Shown: positions 1-10,250 of the stretch, one piece after another | Position numbering within the stretch: the first letter of the stretch is position 1 | Layout: each line of letters begins with the position of its first letter | Assembly (NCBI GenBank): GCA_002245135.1 | Contig: NGBS01000052.1 | Span: 1-42,090, forward strand | Origin: Proteromonas lacertae | Lineage: Eukaryota | Length of the DNA stretch: 42,090 nucleotides | Direction of reading: 5' to 3' | Translations under genes and position numbers: made by a program | Notes under the pieces: model-generated | The model's database searches: none | Told to the model about the DNA's origin: nothing | What the model saw: the letters and a program-made list of their open reading frames with translations, nothing else

Positions 1-758
1 TTTTTTGTGGTTTTATCAACTACTCCTTCACTTTTTGAACCATTTACAGATGTTCCATTTAATTCTTTCTCTTTTCGAGCTAAACATAAATCAACAGGAT
101 TTTGATTGTTTATTTCATCTAATAATAAATCAATATAATATAATCTTAATGCTTCAAATTCTCTATCAACTGTGATTTGTAATCCTGTTGTATTCTTTCC
201 TGAAGGTAATTTGTTCGTATTTGTTCGTATTTATCATTCTGTTGTGAATTCTTACTTCTGACAGAAACTGATTTTTGACTATTTACTCTTGCAGATCGCT
301 GTTTCTTGTTTTCATCTTTTTCTTTTTCTTTAGATTTTTCTTCTTCTGCATTTGTATTTGCTATTGTTGGTTCTTCACTATGTGGTGCTAATTCTCCTTC
401 TAGTTTTGGTTCTGGTGGTAATTCTTTTAACCATGTGTTGATGAATTAACTGGAACTCCATCTACAATTATTGGCTTTTCAGCTTCAACCGGTTGTTCTG
501 GCTGTTTGTTGTTGTCTTGCTTCTTCTCCTTCAGTATTTATAATAGTGTTATTATTACTTTCATCTATTGAAGATTCTACTACTTCAGGTAAAGATGGTT
601 GTTGTTTGATTGGTGATGGTAAAGCTGGGAATGATAATGGATGTTCTGTATTGGATAATTCAATCAATCTATCAGCTTCTTCTAAGTAATATTCCCAATT
701 ATCTGGTATTCAGCATCATTCACTTTGATATTTGCATAAATACCTGTTATATAAAGTA
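1..758. repeat. Near-identical direct duplicate of 28313..29093
   Basis: Base-by-base match with few substitutions and a ~24 nt deletion in this copy; both copies end at ...TATAAAGTA. Confidence 0.95.
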
Positions 759-1860
759 GAAAATCTATTGGAACATAATGAGCTATTTCTATTACTAATT
801 TCTCTATTACTGAATCTGGAATTCCTACTCTCATTTTAACAGAGATTCTTTGTTGATCATGAGATGGAATTAATCCATTACATGGTGAAACACCAACTAA
901 ACCAGGTCGAGATACATTATCAGTTGAGATTTAAATGGAAAATCTACTGAACCTGTATTAAATATATGAAAATCTCTTTCTTTTACTTTCATATAAGGAA
1001 TTCTACTAAAATCAATATTTTGTTTATCCAATCTATAAGATAAGACTGAACTTTCACCTTTCATTTTGATATTATAAACTGGTCCTCCATCTACATAACA
1101 TTTACCCAATGCTCTTGATAATACATGTGGTATTCCAGAATATCTCAATTCCATTTCTTCACATTCACCTAGTTATAAAATACCTTGAATTGGAGTGATT
1201 TCAAATACTTAATTGATTGGAGATGTTTGATTTTCAGTTTCATCTATTTCTAATTCCCAATGATAAGGACAAGGAATTGTTCGACGATTTTCAGTTCAAA
1301 ATCAAAATCATTTTGAGATAACCATAAATTGGGAAAGGCAACATCAGCTACACATGGAATTGAATCTTTCTGAGGATGATCTTCATATCTTATATTCAAT
1401 ATTCCATTTATTTTACATGAGATTTTATCATCTTTATAATTTGGATCAAATTCCACTGTCACATTCATTGATTCATTTGGTTCTAAATGGAATTCATTCA
1501 TACTCAATAATAATGGAGCTGCTATACTTATTATCGCATCTAAACTCAATGTTGATCTTTTCTAAGCATTGAATTAATGGATTCATAAAGTTCACTTTTA
1601 CTTCGGTTTCTTTTGCTTCATTATTTCTTATTTCTCCATCAAATTTCCTCAAACAAGAAAACATTTCCATCACTTCACAGGGTTTTTCACAACTTCCAGA
1701 TGTTACAAAATTTCAAGCAGTATTGGGTTTTAATTCGATTGCATTGGGAGTTATTGTAAATATAGCTTCATAAGGTTTGAATTCATTTCACTTTCCATCT
1801 TTGATTTATTGGCTTTAAAAGATTTTTCTTTTTCTACTGCTGTTTGATTTATCCAAATTT
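1..1860 (-). pseudogene. HYDIN: Fragmented, internally deleted HYDIN-like (axonemal central pair) gene pieces
   Basis: ORFs 897..1154 (ALGKCYVDGGPVYNIKMKGESS..YRLD..IDF) and 1250..1549 (VTVEFDP..GILNIRYEDHPQKDSI..FPNL) resemble HYDIN ASH/Ig-like repeats by recognition; many frame breaks. Confidence 0.65.
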
Positions 1861-1877
1861 ATGAGTGTCAGTGTGAT

Positions 1878-2174
1878 TTGAGAATTAGACAGATAACTGT
1901 ATTAGATAAGAAGGATAAAGAAAAATACACTATTATCCCAAAATTTGAAGTGCATAGCAGTATCAAGAAATTTGAGCAAAAATTTGAGAATGAGAATGAG
2001 GATGAGGATCAGTGTGCTGAGAATCAGGATGTAGATGACATAGATTTGGAGAATGTGTATACACCACCTGTAGATTATGATATTATTCCAATACCAACAA
2101 CACCTGCTCCGATGAAAAGAAGAACTGAGAGTGATAATCAAAACCAACAATACAAGAGAAACAAGAAGAATTAA
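1878..2174 (+). pseudogene. 5'-truncated hypothetical protein (acidic middle, basic NLS-like tail)
   Basis: No ATG; abuts the HYDIN fragment; converges on the 2374..2931 gene. Confidence 0.4.
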
Positions 2175-2373
2175 TTATAATTCATATATTATCTATCAAA
2201 TGCATCATCTTTATTAAAAATAACATTATTACCATATGGAAAAATTATTTTTTGTGGGATTAGAATACAATTACCTTCAAAGTTATTCACATTGTGCTCT
2301 GTAGTAGGATTTTTCATACTAAAACTACATATATCACGAGTAATTTCAAAAAAGCATACTTGATGATGTCCAC

Positions 2374-2931
2374 TTAATGACTCAAAAAAATATCTATTCT
2401 TGGTACATTATTTGTAAAACTTAAATATTTGCTTAAAAATTTTTCTACATCTGGAGTTAAGATTGAATTAATTATTAGTTCGCTTGTTATTATTTTAACA
2501 GGATTTAGTATTTCTATTTGCAAATATGTTTGAAAAGCTGCATATCTTACAAAACAATAACAGTTTGGTAAAACTTGTCTTGCTTGAACAATTTCTAATT
2601 GACCATCTACAGATTTTAATATCATGTTATTTTCACCCATAGAACTCCATTTTATACGATTCTCCATTTTCCATGAACTATCTTGATATTCACTTCGATA
2701 TCCTATATAGGACATTATACTATTGACATTATAAGCAATTGAAATAGCATCATCATAAATTGTAGAATACAAAATAGATAACATATAATGTATGCTCTTT
2801 TCCCAACTCTCTAATTTGGTCTTTCCAATGACATTCACAATTCCATCAATTTTCTCACTAGTTGCACTATCAATACCACCACCTGATCCAGATGATCCTC
2901 CTGTACCACTATTCTTAATATCTACCAACAT
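2374..2931 (-). CDS. Hypothetical viral protein with Gly/Ser linker, possibly structural (fibre/spike-like)
   Basis: 185 aa, GTGGSSGSGGG linker; directly downstream of and in frame with the ATPase. Confidence 0.45.
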   Translation of the reverse strand: MLVDIKNSGTGGSSGSGGGIDSATSEKIDGIVNVIGKTKLESWEKSIHYMLSILYSTIYDDAISIAYNVNSIMSYIGYRSEYQDSSWKMENRIKWSSMGENNMILKSVDGQLEIVQARQVLPNCYCFVRYAAFQTYLQIEILNPVKIITSELIINSILTPDVEKFLSKYLSFTNNVPRIDIFLSH

Positions 2932-3045
2932 TTATCTATCAACTTTTTCTCCTAAATTGCTTGTTATCCATGTCAGTGTCCTCGTGACAGGTGTTAGATC
3001 TGTTGACTCAGCTTGTTTTTTAATAGGACGATATGGGGATTATTA

Positions 3046-3864
3046 TTATTCCGAATCGCTGGGATAACTTGATGAATCAGTGGACTCATCATCGCTGCTA
3101 TAGGAAATGAGGTGATCATATTTATTATTGTGATTATAGCTATTATTACTATTATCTCTAATTCTACTATCAAAATTCACTCTAAATTCATGATTATATA
3201 AATCGATATATAAAAATGAGTGATTACTCTGTTTGGTTGCATAATCATAATATGATTTGAAAACATCGAAATCGATCCATATATCTAAACTTGCATACAA
3301 ATTTCGTAAATTAGCCATACTCAGGTTTTTGAATACCAAACAGTAATCAAGCTGTAAACGAACTGATGGAGTAATATCAGTGATATATTGACTTGATATA
3401 ATTACTTTTGACTTGTAATGACGGTTTGACTTAAGTAATTTAGAAACGGATTTATTTCTTAAATCAAATGATATATCATCGAATATAAATATATTCTCTG
3501 GGTAATCATAATTATCTTTGTCTATATCTTTGATATTATCTAATACTGCATCCAATATATTCACTCTATCTTCATTCACTACTGCATCATAGCAATGGTA
3601 CTCAATTTGGTTATACTTGAGCATATCAGTGATTTTCTCATATATGATATCCTTAGATATAGTTGCAACGAAAAAATACACTACTTGGTCATATCCCTTT
3701 TTCAGCAAGTGTTGTATCATGAAAATAAATATGTTGCAGAAAGGCTCCTGGAAATAGTCATATGCAAGGACACTATCTTTGGAACGTTTTCCACATCCTT
3801 TGACTACTGTCTCAACAGGATTTATGACTATGTTGTTTATTTTTTCTAAATTAACTTTACTCAT
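3046..3864 (-). CDS. A32/FtsK-like virion packaging ATPase, Walker A deleted
   Basis: Walker B IFIFDD, RHYKSKVIISSQY, ITPSVR, FLYID motifs; lacks VARKNSxKTT present in paralogue 25288..25659. Confidence 0.88.
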   Translation of the reverse strand: MSKVNLEKINNIVINPVETVVKGCGKRSKDSVLAYDYFQEPFCNIFIFMIQHLLKKGYDQVVYFFVATISKDIIYEKITDMLKYNQIEYHCYDAVVNEDRVNILDAVLDNIKDIDKDNYDYPENIFIFDDISFDLRNKSVSKLLKSNRHYKSKVIISSQYITDITPSVRLQLDYCLVFKNLSMANLRNLYASLDIWIDFDVFKSYYDYATKQSNHSFLYIDLYNHEFRVNFDSRIRDNSNNSYNHNNKYDHLISYSSDDESTDSSSYPSDSE

Positions 3865-3929
3865 AACAAAAATAACAAAAACATAATTATAAGAAATATA
3901 GCCGTTATCGATATTATTATTATTATTAT

Positions 3930-5419
3930 TTAAACTACACTTACAATACCACTTCCATTAATAGTGACCATACGTCCAGTGATGATATAGAAACGATGAG
4001 ATATATCATTATTAGTAAAGTCATTTGTACCAGGTGTTGAAAATTCAAAGGTTATTTTCAAATCAGTAGCCAAAGGTCTACCTGCCTGGTTCTTAATGTT
4101 GTCCAAATCCTTAGAGCCAAAATTCAATATCTCAAAGAACTTGTCATTGAACTTCTTATCTTTTCTGAATATATCAAACCATGAGTCTTGGAAATATTCA
4201 CGGACAGTCATGAAGCTATCATAATATTGCATAAGTGTATAATCTGGCTGATATACAAAATCATTGATCATCCATCTGAACTGTGCATTTTCAGGTATGT
4301 GGACATATCTTTTTAATGATTCTATCCATGGCCTATAGATAATGTAACGAACAAATGGTCCATTGGAACTATTCAATGTGAATGAATAATTGAATATGCC
4401 AGATCCACCTGATGGTATTTTAATTTGATGACATCTTAAATCATTGAATTGAATAGGTTTTGATAAGCAGTATTGTTTGGTATTATTGTTGCTTAGAGTA
4501 TCCTTGTTGATATAAGCATAAAATTACAATTCTTGAATGTTAACGATTTGAGACTGTCAATACCCTGTTTGAAATTAATAGTATAATAAGTATCTTCTTT
4601 TGATGTATCATCTTTATTTCTTGCAATAGCAGACTTATAAACACTATATAAATTACCAAAATTCTTTTTTGTTTGAAATCTAATACAGATGTACATACTC
4701 TCTCCAAAGAATACATCACTCTTTAATGCAGCAAATGTATTGTAAAATTTACCTAACTGTAATTTAAAATGTAAAGTTTTCTTATTACTATATTGTATTG
4801 CCTGTGCAATTTTAGTACAGACTTTATCTTTTAATTCAATAAAATTCTTACTTGCATCAGCATCATTAGTTTGATCCATTTTCCATTCATTTTTATCTTG
4901 TGCTAAATAACTATGTTCTTTATCATCCCCAGCTAACTGAATTTTATCATAGTAATTGTCTTGATAGAATATATCACATCTCTTTCTAACTAATTCGTCC
5001 ATAAATACACGATATGGTTCATACGAATCATCATGCTTGACCAGATCTGTTCCAGTCTGATTACAAATTCTAAAAGAGGCCAAACCAAACCCTTCTTTAA
5101 TTCCTCCAATTGTACTTGGATATAAATCATCATCTTTATTTATAAGTTTCTTACTTACATCTGCTCTAACAGCACCTGCTTCTGAACCTTTTGCTAATGG
5201 TTCTGTTTCCACATCTATATCGAATTGGATATATGACTTAGCTAAATTGATAATATTATCTCCACTTATCTCCCATCTAATCTCTTCTGCATACGTGTTA
5301 TCACTTAGAGTATATTCTGATGTTAATCCCATCGGAGACAATCTCACATAATTATAGAAGGGTAGCATCACAGGGACATCTACACCATATTTCTGTTCTT
5401 TTGGAATAGATAAAGCCAT
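3930..5419 (-). pseudogene. Putative major capsid protein (double jelly-roll), ~495 aa, one frameshift near 4520
   Basis: ORFs 4493..5470 and 3930..4376 join to match copy 2 (FYAYxNKDT..NNNT..YCLSKPIQFND); EIRWEI..IINLAKSYIQFDI N-terminus, size and position between penton and ATPase. Confidence 0.75.
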
Positions 5420-5450
5420 TAGAAAACAAAAGAATAAAGAAATATAAAAA

Positions 5451-6407
5451 TTAGACTTTAAATACAACAATATCTAAATTAAACTCAATATTATCAAGAT
5501 TAAGCTCATAGCCATTTTGTTGAGTAATCTGAATAGTGATCATACCATTGTTATAGGTATTATTGAATCTCTTTGATGTATTCAATATGTCATTATTCTG
5601 ATATGTAATAAATGGTAACTCTGGATTTGAAACGGGTATATTTTCTAATACATTTGAATCCTGCATAATATTCACTATGTCTAATCTAATGGATATAGAA
5701 TTAACCCATATTAAAGATGGACGAAATGGTAATTGAGTAAATGGGAATGGCTTAACCATAATTTCTTGTTGATTCTCAGGTTCTTGAGATGGAATATATT
5801 CTTTAAAACAACACCAGTAATTGTTTTTGGGTATACCTAATATTTTGTAACTAAGATCTTTGGTGATGATCTCTAATTTTTCTATCCAATATACTGGGTC
5901 TTTTTGATAGTATATTATATTCATATCATTAGCTACCTCAATATGATATGTTTGATTATCATCGAAATTGTCTATACGAAATAAATCTCCTTTTCCTTGT
6001 ATAATAGACACATGTGAACCTTCAGTATTATATGAAGTATCATTTATTCCAAAAACATCATATGTCATATTTTTTACTAAATTATTGATCATACTTAATA
6101 TCTGAGTTTCATCATAGAATCCTTCTGGTATTTTGAGGTGTTTTATAATGTTTGGATACTTTGGTGTATCTACTTGAACATCATGTCTCCATCCCAATGT
6201 GAATACTAATGAAAACTCATCATTTGTTTCTTCCTGTATAGTTGGGAATGAATTGGGTATAACAGCATGTAATAAGCTGACATGAGTATAATCATCGAAT
6301 GATTGCAATTTTAATGTCTTCTTATACTTGTTTCCTCCGCCCATGGAATCAGATAATACAATCATATCAGAATTTAAGTAGTATACACGATGATTCGAAA
6401 CTAACAT
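5451..6407 (-). CDS. Putative minor capsid protein (penton)
   Basis: 318 aa intact; YYLNS, VSLLHAVIPNSFPTI, IPEGFY, ITIQITQQNGYELNL pattern typical of PLV/virophage pentons. Confidence 0.8.
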   Translation of the reverse strand: MLVSNHRVYYLNSDMIVLSDSMGGGNKYKKTLKLQSFDDYTHVSLLHAVIPNSFPTIQEETNDEFSLVFTLGWRHDVQVDTPKYPNIIKHLKIPEGFYDETQILSMINNLVKNMTYDVFGINDTSYNTEGSHVSIIQGKGDLFRIDNFDDNQTYHIEVANDMNIIYYQKDPVYWIEKLEIITKDLSYKILGIPKNNYWCCFKEYIPSQEPENQQEIMVKPFPFTQLPFRPSLIWVNSISIRLDIVNIMQDSNVLENIPVSNPELPFITYQNNDILNTSKRFNNTYNNGMITIQITQQNGYELNLDNIEFNLDIVVFKV

Positions 6408-6439
6408 AAGATAAAATCTATTTTGAAAATAAATTCGTT

Positions 6440-6478
6440 AATAATGTCAATATTGTCATTATTAGTATTAATTACACT
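6440..6478. promoter_or_regulatory. Conserved palindromic motif in divergent promoter (AATAATGTCAATATTG..ATTAGTA)
   Basis: Conserved with the reverse complement of 39612..39652 in the same intergenic position. Confidence 0.6.
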
Positions 6479-6492
6479 TTTATTTTTTAAAA

Positions 6493-7092
6493 ATGAATAA
6501 CGATCAGGAGCACAAATTTAGAACAGTGCCATATAACTTTTGGAACTCTGATAAACAAATACTTATTAATTGCTTTAGAAAGGATGGCAAAATGAGGGCA
6601 CCAACCAAATCTAAATTATGGAATCTCATATGTGGTGATAAAAAGGAATTAACTTATAGTGAGATCAGATATATACTCAAATACGTCGATGAACAGTATA
6701 GATTAGACTTGGAATATAGATTCAAAAATGGATGTTGGTGGGATGAGAGTAAAGAGAAATTAATTCAAAGATTAGGTATTTCTGATGTAGATGAGACTGT
6801 GCGCATTACACCTAATATGTTCCTTGAGTGTGTTAACAAGATTAAGGAGAAAAGAAACCCATCTTTTGAAAAAACTCATCAATTATTAGAAAGTATTATT
6901 ATGATGAATCATGAAGCTAATATATTACCTCCTCCTCCTCCTCCTAATGATAATAAAGAAATAGAAGAAATACAAGTCAAGCTTGAAAATGACAATGACA
7001 ATGTCAATCTCACAGATTATGACTTATCTCCAATATCACCAAGATCCATTAAGGATGAATATATTAATAATAACCAATGTCTTGTAAGTTAG
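6493..7092 (+). CDS. Conserved viral hypothetical protein; helical N-domain, SP sites, C-terminal CaaX (CLVS)
   Basis: 199 aa; homologue 38976..39599 shares FRKDGK.RAPTKSKL and LTYSEIRYILKY. Confidence 0.85.
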   Translation: MNNDQEHKFRTVPYNFWNSDKQILINCFRKDGKMRAPTKSKLWNLICGDKKELTYSEIRYILKYVDEQYRLDLEYRFKNGCWWDESKEKLIQRLGISDVDETVRITPNMFLECVNKIKEKRNPSFEKTHQLLESIIMMNHEANILPPPPPPNDNKEIEEIQVKLENDNDNVNLTDYDLSPISPRSIKDEYINNNQCLVS

Positions 7093-7160
7093 TTTATTGA
7101 TAATAAATACATTACTTTGATTAATTTTGTTTTTCTTATATAAGATTCTCATAAACACAC

Positions 7161-7397
7161 ATGGACTTTGATGTAATAACTGTTTTGCTTTCAGTTCTCG
7201 TATTTGTATTGTATATGATAGCTTTGGCTCTTTTCAAATACTTAAAGGCACACAATTGTATTCCAAACAATACAGACATAGAAGAACTTAGAAATAATAT
7301 AGATGCCATGATGAATAAAGGGTTAGAACATGATAAGACACTTAAGGATATTCAGTCTCTTATTGAAATCACTAAACAAAGGAAAATGACTATATAA
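7161..7397 (+). CDS. Small single-pass membrane protein with coiled-coil-like tail
   Basis: 78 aa, hydrophobic N-terminus then KAHNCIPN; homologue at 38707..38943. Confidence 0.85.
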   Translation: MDFDVITVLLSVLVFVLYMIALALFKYLKAHNCIPNNTDIEELRNNIDAMMNKGLEHDKTLKDIQSLIEITKQRKMTI

Positions 7398-7447
7398 ATT
7401 TATTTCGCTTTTTATATTATATTATATTATGTTTTTTTGGTTAAACT

Positions 7448-7518
7448 TGTATCTTACAACTGGGCCCAGTTGTAGGATACATCACAATTCAAGTTACAAC
7501 TGGCGCCAGTTGTAACTT
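7448..7518. repeat. Two tandem palindromes with core TACAACTGG-SS-CCAGTTGTA
   Basis: 7448..7481 (34 nt, one mismatch) and 7491..7518 (28 nt, perfect), between convergent genes. Confidence 0.9.
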
Positions 7519-7627
7519 ATATTACAATTCAAGTTGTCAAGTGGCCGCCGGATATAGCAGTACCAAACACCAAAAAAAACAAACACACATAACATTACAT
7601 AAAAAACAGAATATATAAAGAATTACT

Positions 7628-7999
7628 TTAATTATCCATATTAGGAACTGGAATACCATACTGATAATGCCTGCCATTATGCACAACTATACGATGTGGA
7701 TCATTCTTTGGCGCGGCTCGTGGCCCGGCTCGTCTTGGTTTACGTTTTGCTCTATCTTTACTTCCTTTTGGTCTTCCTCTTTGTTTAGGTGGATTAGCAG
7801 CTAATAATCGTTCATGCATTTTCATTAATTGTCTATATTGTAATTTAACTTTTGTTTTGTTTTGTAGTGCATTCTTTACTTTGTCTCTATACAAATCATA
7901 GCTCTTTCTCCATTTACTCCTGTTAACTGATTTAGGAATATATGTATTCCAGTCTTTACTAATTTTAAACCCTTTTGGCCATCCTCCATAATAAGACAT
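7628..7999 (-). CDS. Highly basic AT-hook protein, candidate virion core protein
   Basis: MSYYGGW start at 7999; PKQRGRPKGSK AT-hook; Lys/Arg-rich. Confidence 0.65.
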   Translation of the reverse strand: MSYYGGWPKGFKISKDWNTYIPKSVNRSKWRKSYDLYRDKVKNALQNKTKVKLQYRQLMKMHERLLAANPPKQRGRPKGSKDRAKRKPRRAGPRAAPKNDPHRIVVHNGRHYQYGIPVPNMDN

Positions 8000-8103
8000 G
8001 TTGTGATTTTTATAATTGATATTATTTAAAATATAGTAATTATTAATAGTATGTTTACCAAACAAAAACAAACATATATAATAATAATAGAATTTTTAAG
8101 TAT

Positions 8104-8574
8104 TTAATCAGAGTCACTACTACTACTACTACTAATTCCATCAGCAACATTTCTATCAATTGGATGTATGTGATAAAAATTCCCTCCATTCCATTGATAA
8201 TTCATATGATGAAAAACATATTTTTTAAATTTTTGAGGAATACAATCACCATCTGCATACTCATGTTCTCCATTTCTTAATTTTCTATTCATTACTAATA
8301 TTGAAGCTCTTCTGTCATACCCATAGGTTTTGAGGTTTATCATTAATTGATCGCCATGATGTCTATAATCACCTAGTGCTTCTGGATCATTTCTATTAGT
8401 TCTGAGTGAACCACATATAAACACCTTTACTTTATTTCTTTTTAATATTTTCATTGTTTTAATTGGAAATTGAATAACCCATCTATGTGCTCTATTGTCT
8501 CTATATCTATGAATGTAAAAAGCATATTCACCGTTAGGTTGTCTAAGCATATTATATGTTAAATGGTCAGGCAT
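8104..8574 (-). CDS. Hypothetical basic protein, Ser-rich acidic C-terminus
   Basis: 156 aa ATG-initiated ORF, tandem with 7628..7999. Confidence 0.65.
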   Translation of the reverse strand: MPDHLTYNMLRQPNGEYAFYIHRYRDNRAHRWVIQFPIKTMKILKRNKVKVFICGSLRTNRNDPEALGDYRHHGDQLMINLKTYGYDRRASILVMNRKLRNGEHEYADGDCIPQKFKKYVFHHMNYQWNGGNFYHIHPIDRNVADGISSSSSSDSD

Positions 8575-8979
8575 ATTCTTTGTATTATTTGCTATTATAT
8601 ATATTATTAATTTTTTATGGGTCTAATCAATAAAGTTATTGTTTGTTTAGTAATACAAATGTTTGAGGTTTGTTAAAAAAAATAATATCTCACGATCCAT
8701 TGGCATAATGAATAATCTGATGTGTTTCTTATTATATGGCATATCATAAGCAATCGATTGATATAGTTAGATTTCATATATGTTTCATAATCAAAGATGA
8801 TTTAGATTATTGCCTGAAATAAGATATTGATATAATTGAGATGGGTATATACCCTAGTAAGTATATATAAATAATACTTAGATTCTATCTGTCATGTTTC
8901 CTTTATAGTTTTTTCCAAAATAGATTTGAACAAGCCGACAGGTTTGAAATCTATTTATCTTTTTAAAATTACATCATAA

Positions 8980-9662
8980 ATGAGTGGCATTATCCTCAAG
9001 AAAGAGGTGATATATCAAGTGAAAGTAAAGAACTACCATGAAGATCGTGAATTCGATGTTGTAATATTTAATTTATCTGATATCGTGAAAAGACAAAGAG
9101 AACTAAGCAGATATAAGTATACTCCTAATTTATATTATTCATAGGTGGAGACATAATATATATTTTCCGAATTTATACTGCATGTTACAATCATTCAAGA
9201 ATATATGGATCAAAGACAGCAGAGATAGATTAGAGAGTTATAGGAACTTCAAGAATTATTTTATATATTGCTTTAATTATAATCCTAATAATATCAAAAC
9301 AATTGTATGAATTAATTATAAATATTAATATATATATATAGGTTGATCGTAAACTTGATTACTTATATGTATCTTTGAAAGTATTAGCTGAAGAAGAAAT
9401 AACTGAATTCGGTGAAGGTGATAAATCAGCTGATTATCCAAAAGAATATGATGATATATATAATAATGTTTGTGGAATATTATATTCAGATGATTATAAT
9501 AGCGTTAGTTCAAGTGAGAGTGAAGATGATAAGGAAATTGGAATCGATATTAATGAGCAAGTAAAAAAACAAGAGAATAAACAAGATAATAATGTAGATC
9601 AAGAAGTTATCACAAAGAAACAAGAAGAAGAAGAATTTATCACAATTACTGAATCCGATTAA
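8980..9662 (+). CDS. Spliced hypothetical protein, 205 aa (exons 8980-9116, 9145-9304, 9342-9662), acidic C-terminal half
   Basis: Removing GT-AG introns of 28 and 37 nt gives one open frame joining ORF 9375..9662. Confidence 0.7.
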
Positions 9663-10250
9663 GAAACAGATTCTGATATGGAAGTTGAAGAAACAAAAAA
9701 AGACACTTTGGTTAATTAGAATATTAAAGTGAAAGTGAAAGTGAAGAAGATGATATGGAAGTAGAATGGCAATCAGAATATTAAATCATAATGAATCTTG
9801 AATTGGTTTTGCTTTGTTTTGTTTGGGTTAGTATTATAACTTATAAATTATATGGTGTGCTAATTAACACATTAAAATAATAATAAAAGAAATTAAGCTA
9901 TTTTTGAAAAAAGCATTCGTTTCGAGATTTGACTTGAACTCTATATTTTGTTTTATTTGATATAGGATGGTCACCATATGTTGTCATATCACACAGTATG
10001 GTGGCCATGTCGCGCGCGATAAAGTAAGTAATTGTTTATATTTAGGTCTAATATAATATTATTGTTAATGTCATTATGCTATACATGAATATTTACTTCA
10101 TATCCATCTTACTTATTTCTATCATTTAACTTTTTTTTTATTGCATATATCACTAATTATTGTATATTTTTTTATGTCATAATTACATTTGTCATGTAAA
10201 TTACATTTTGACACAAAATATTCATTTTTAAAAATCTTTTAAATGAGCTT

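Larger units (their letters stand above)
1861..9780. mobile_element. Endogenous Polinton-like virus/virophage-like element, copy 1 (boundaries approximate)
   Basis: Compact cluster of A32-like ATPase, capsid-sized ORF, penton-like ORF and small ORFans; syntenic with 38707..42090; no TIR/TSD found. Confidence 0.75.
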
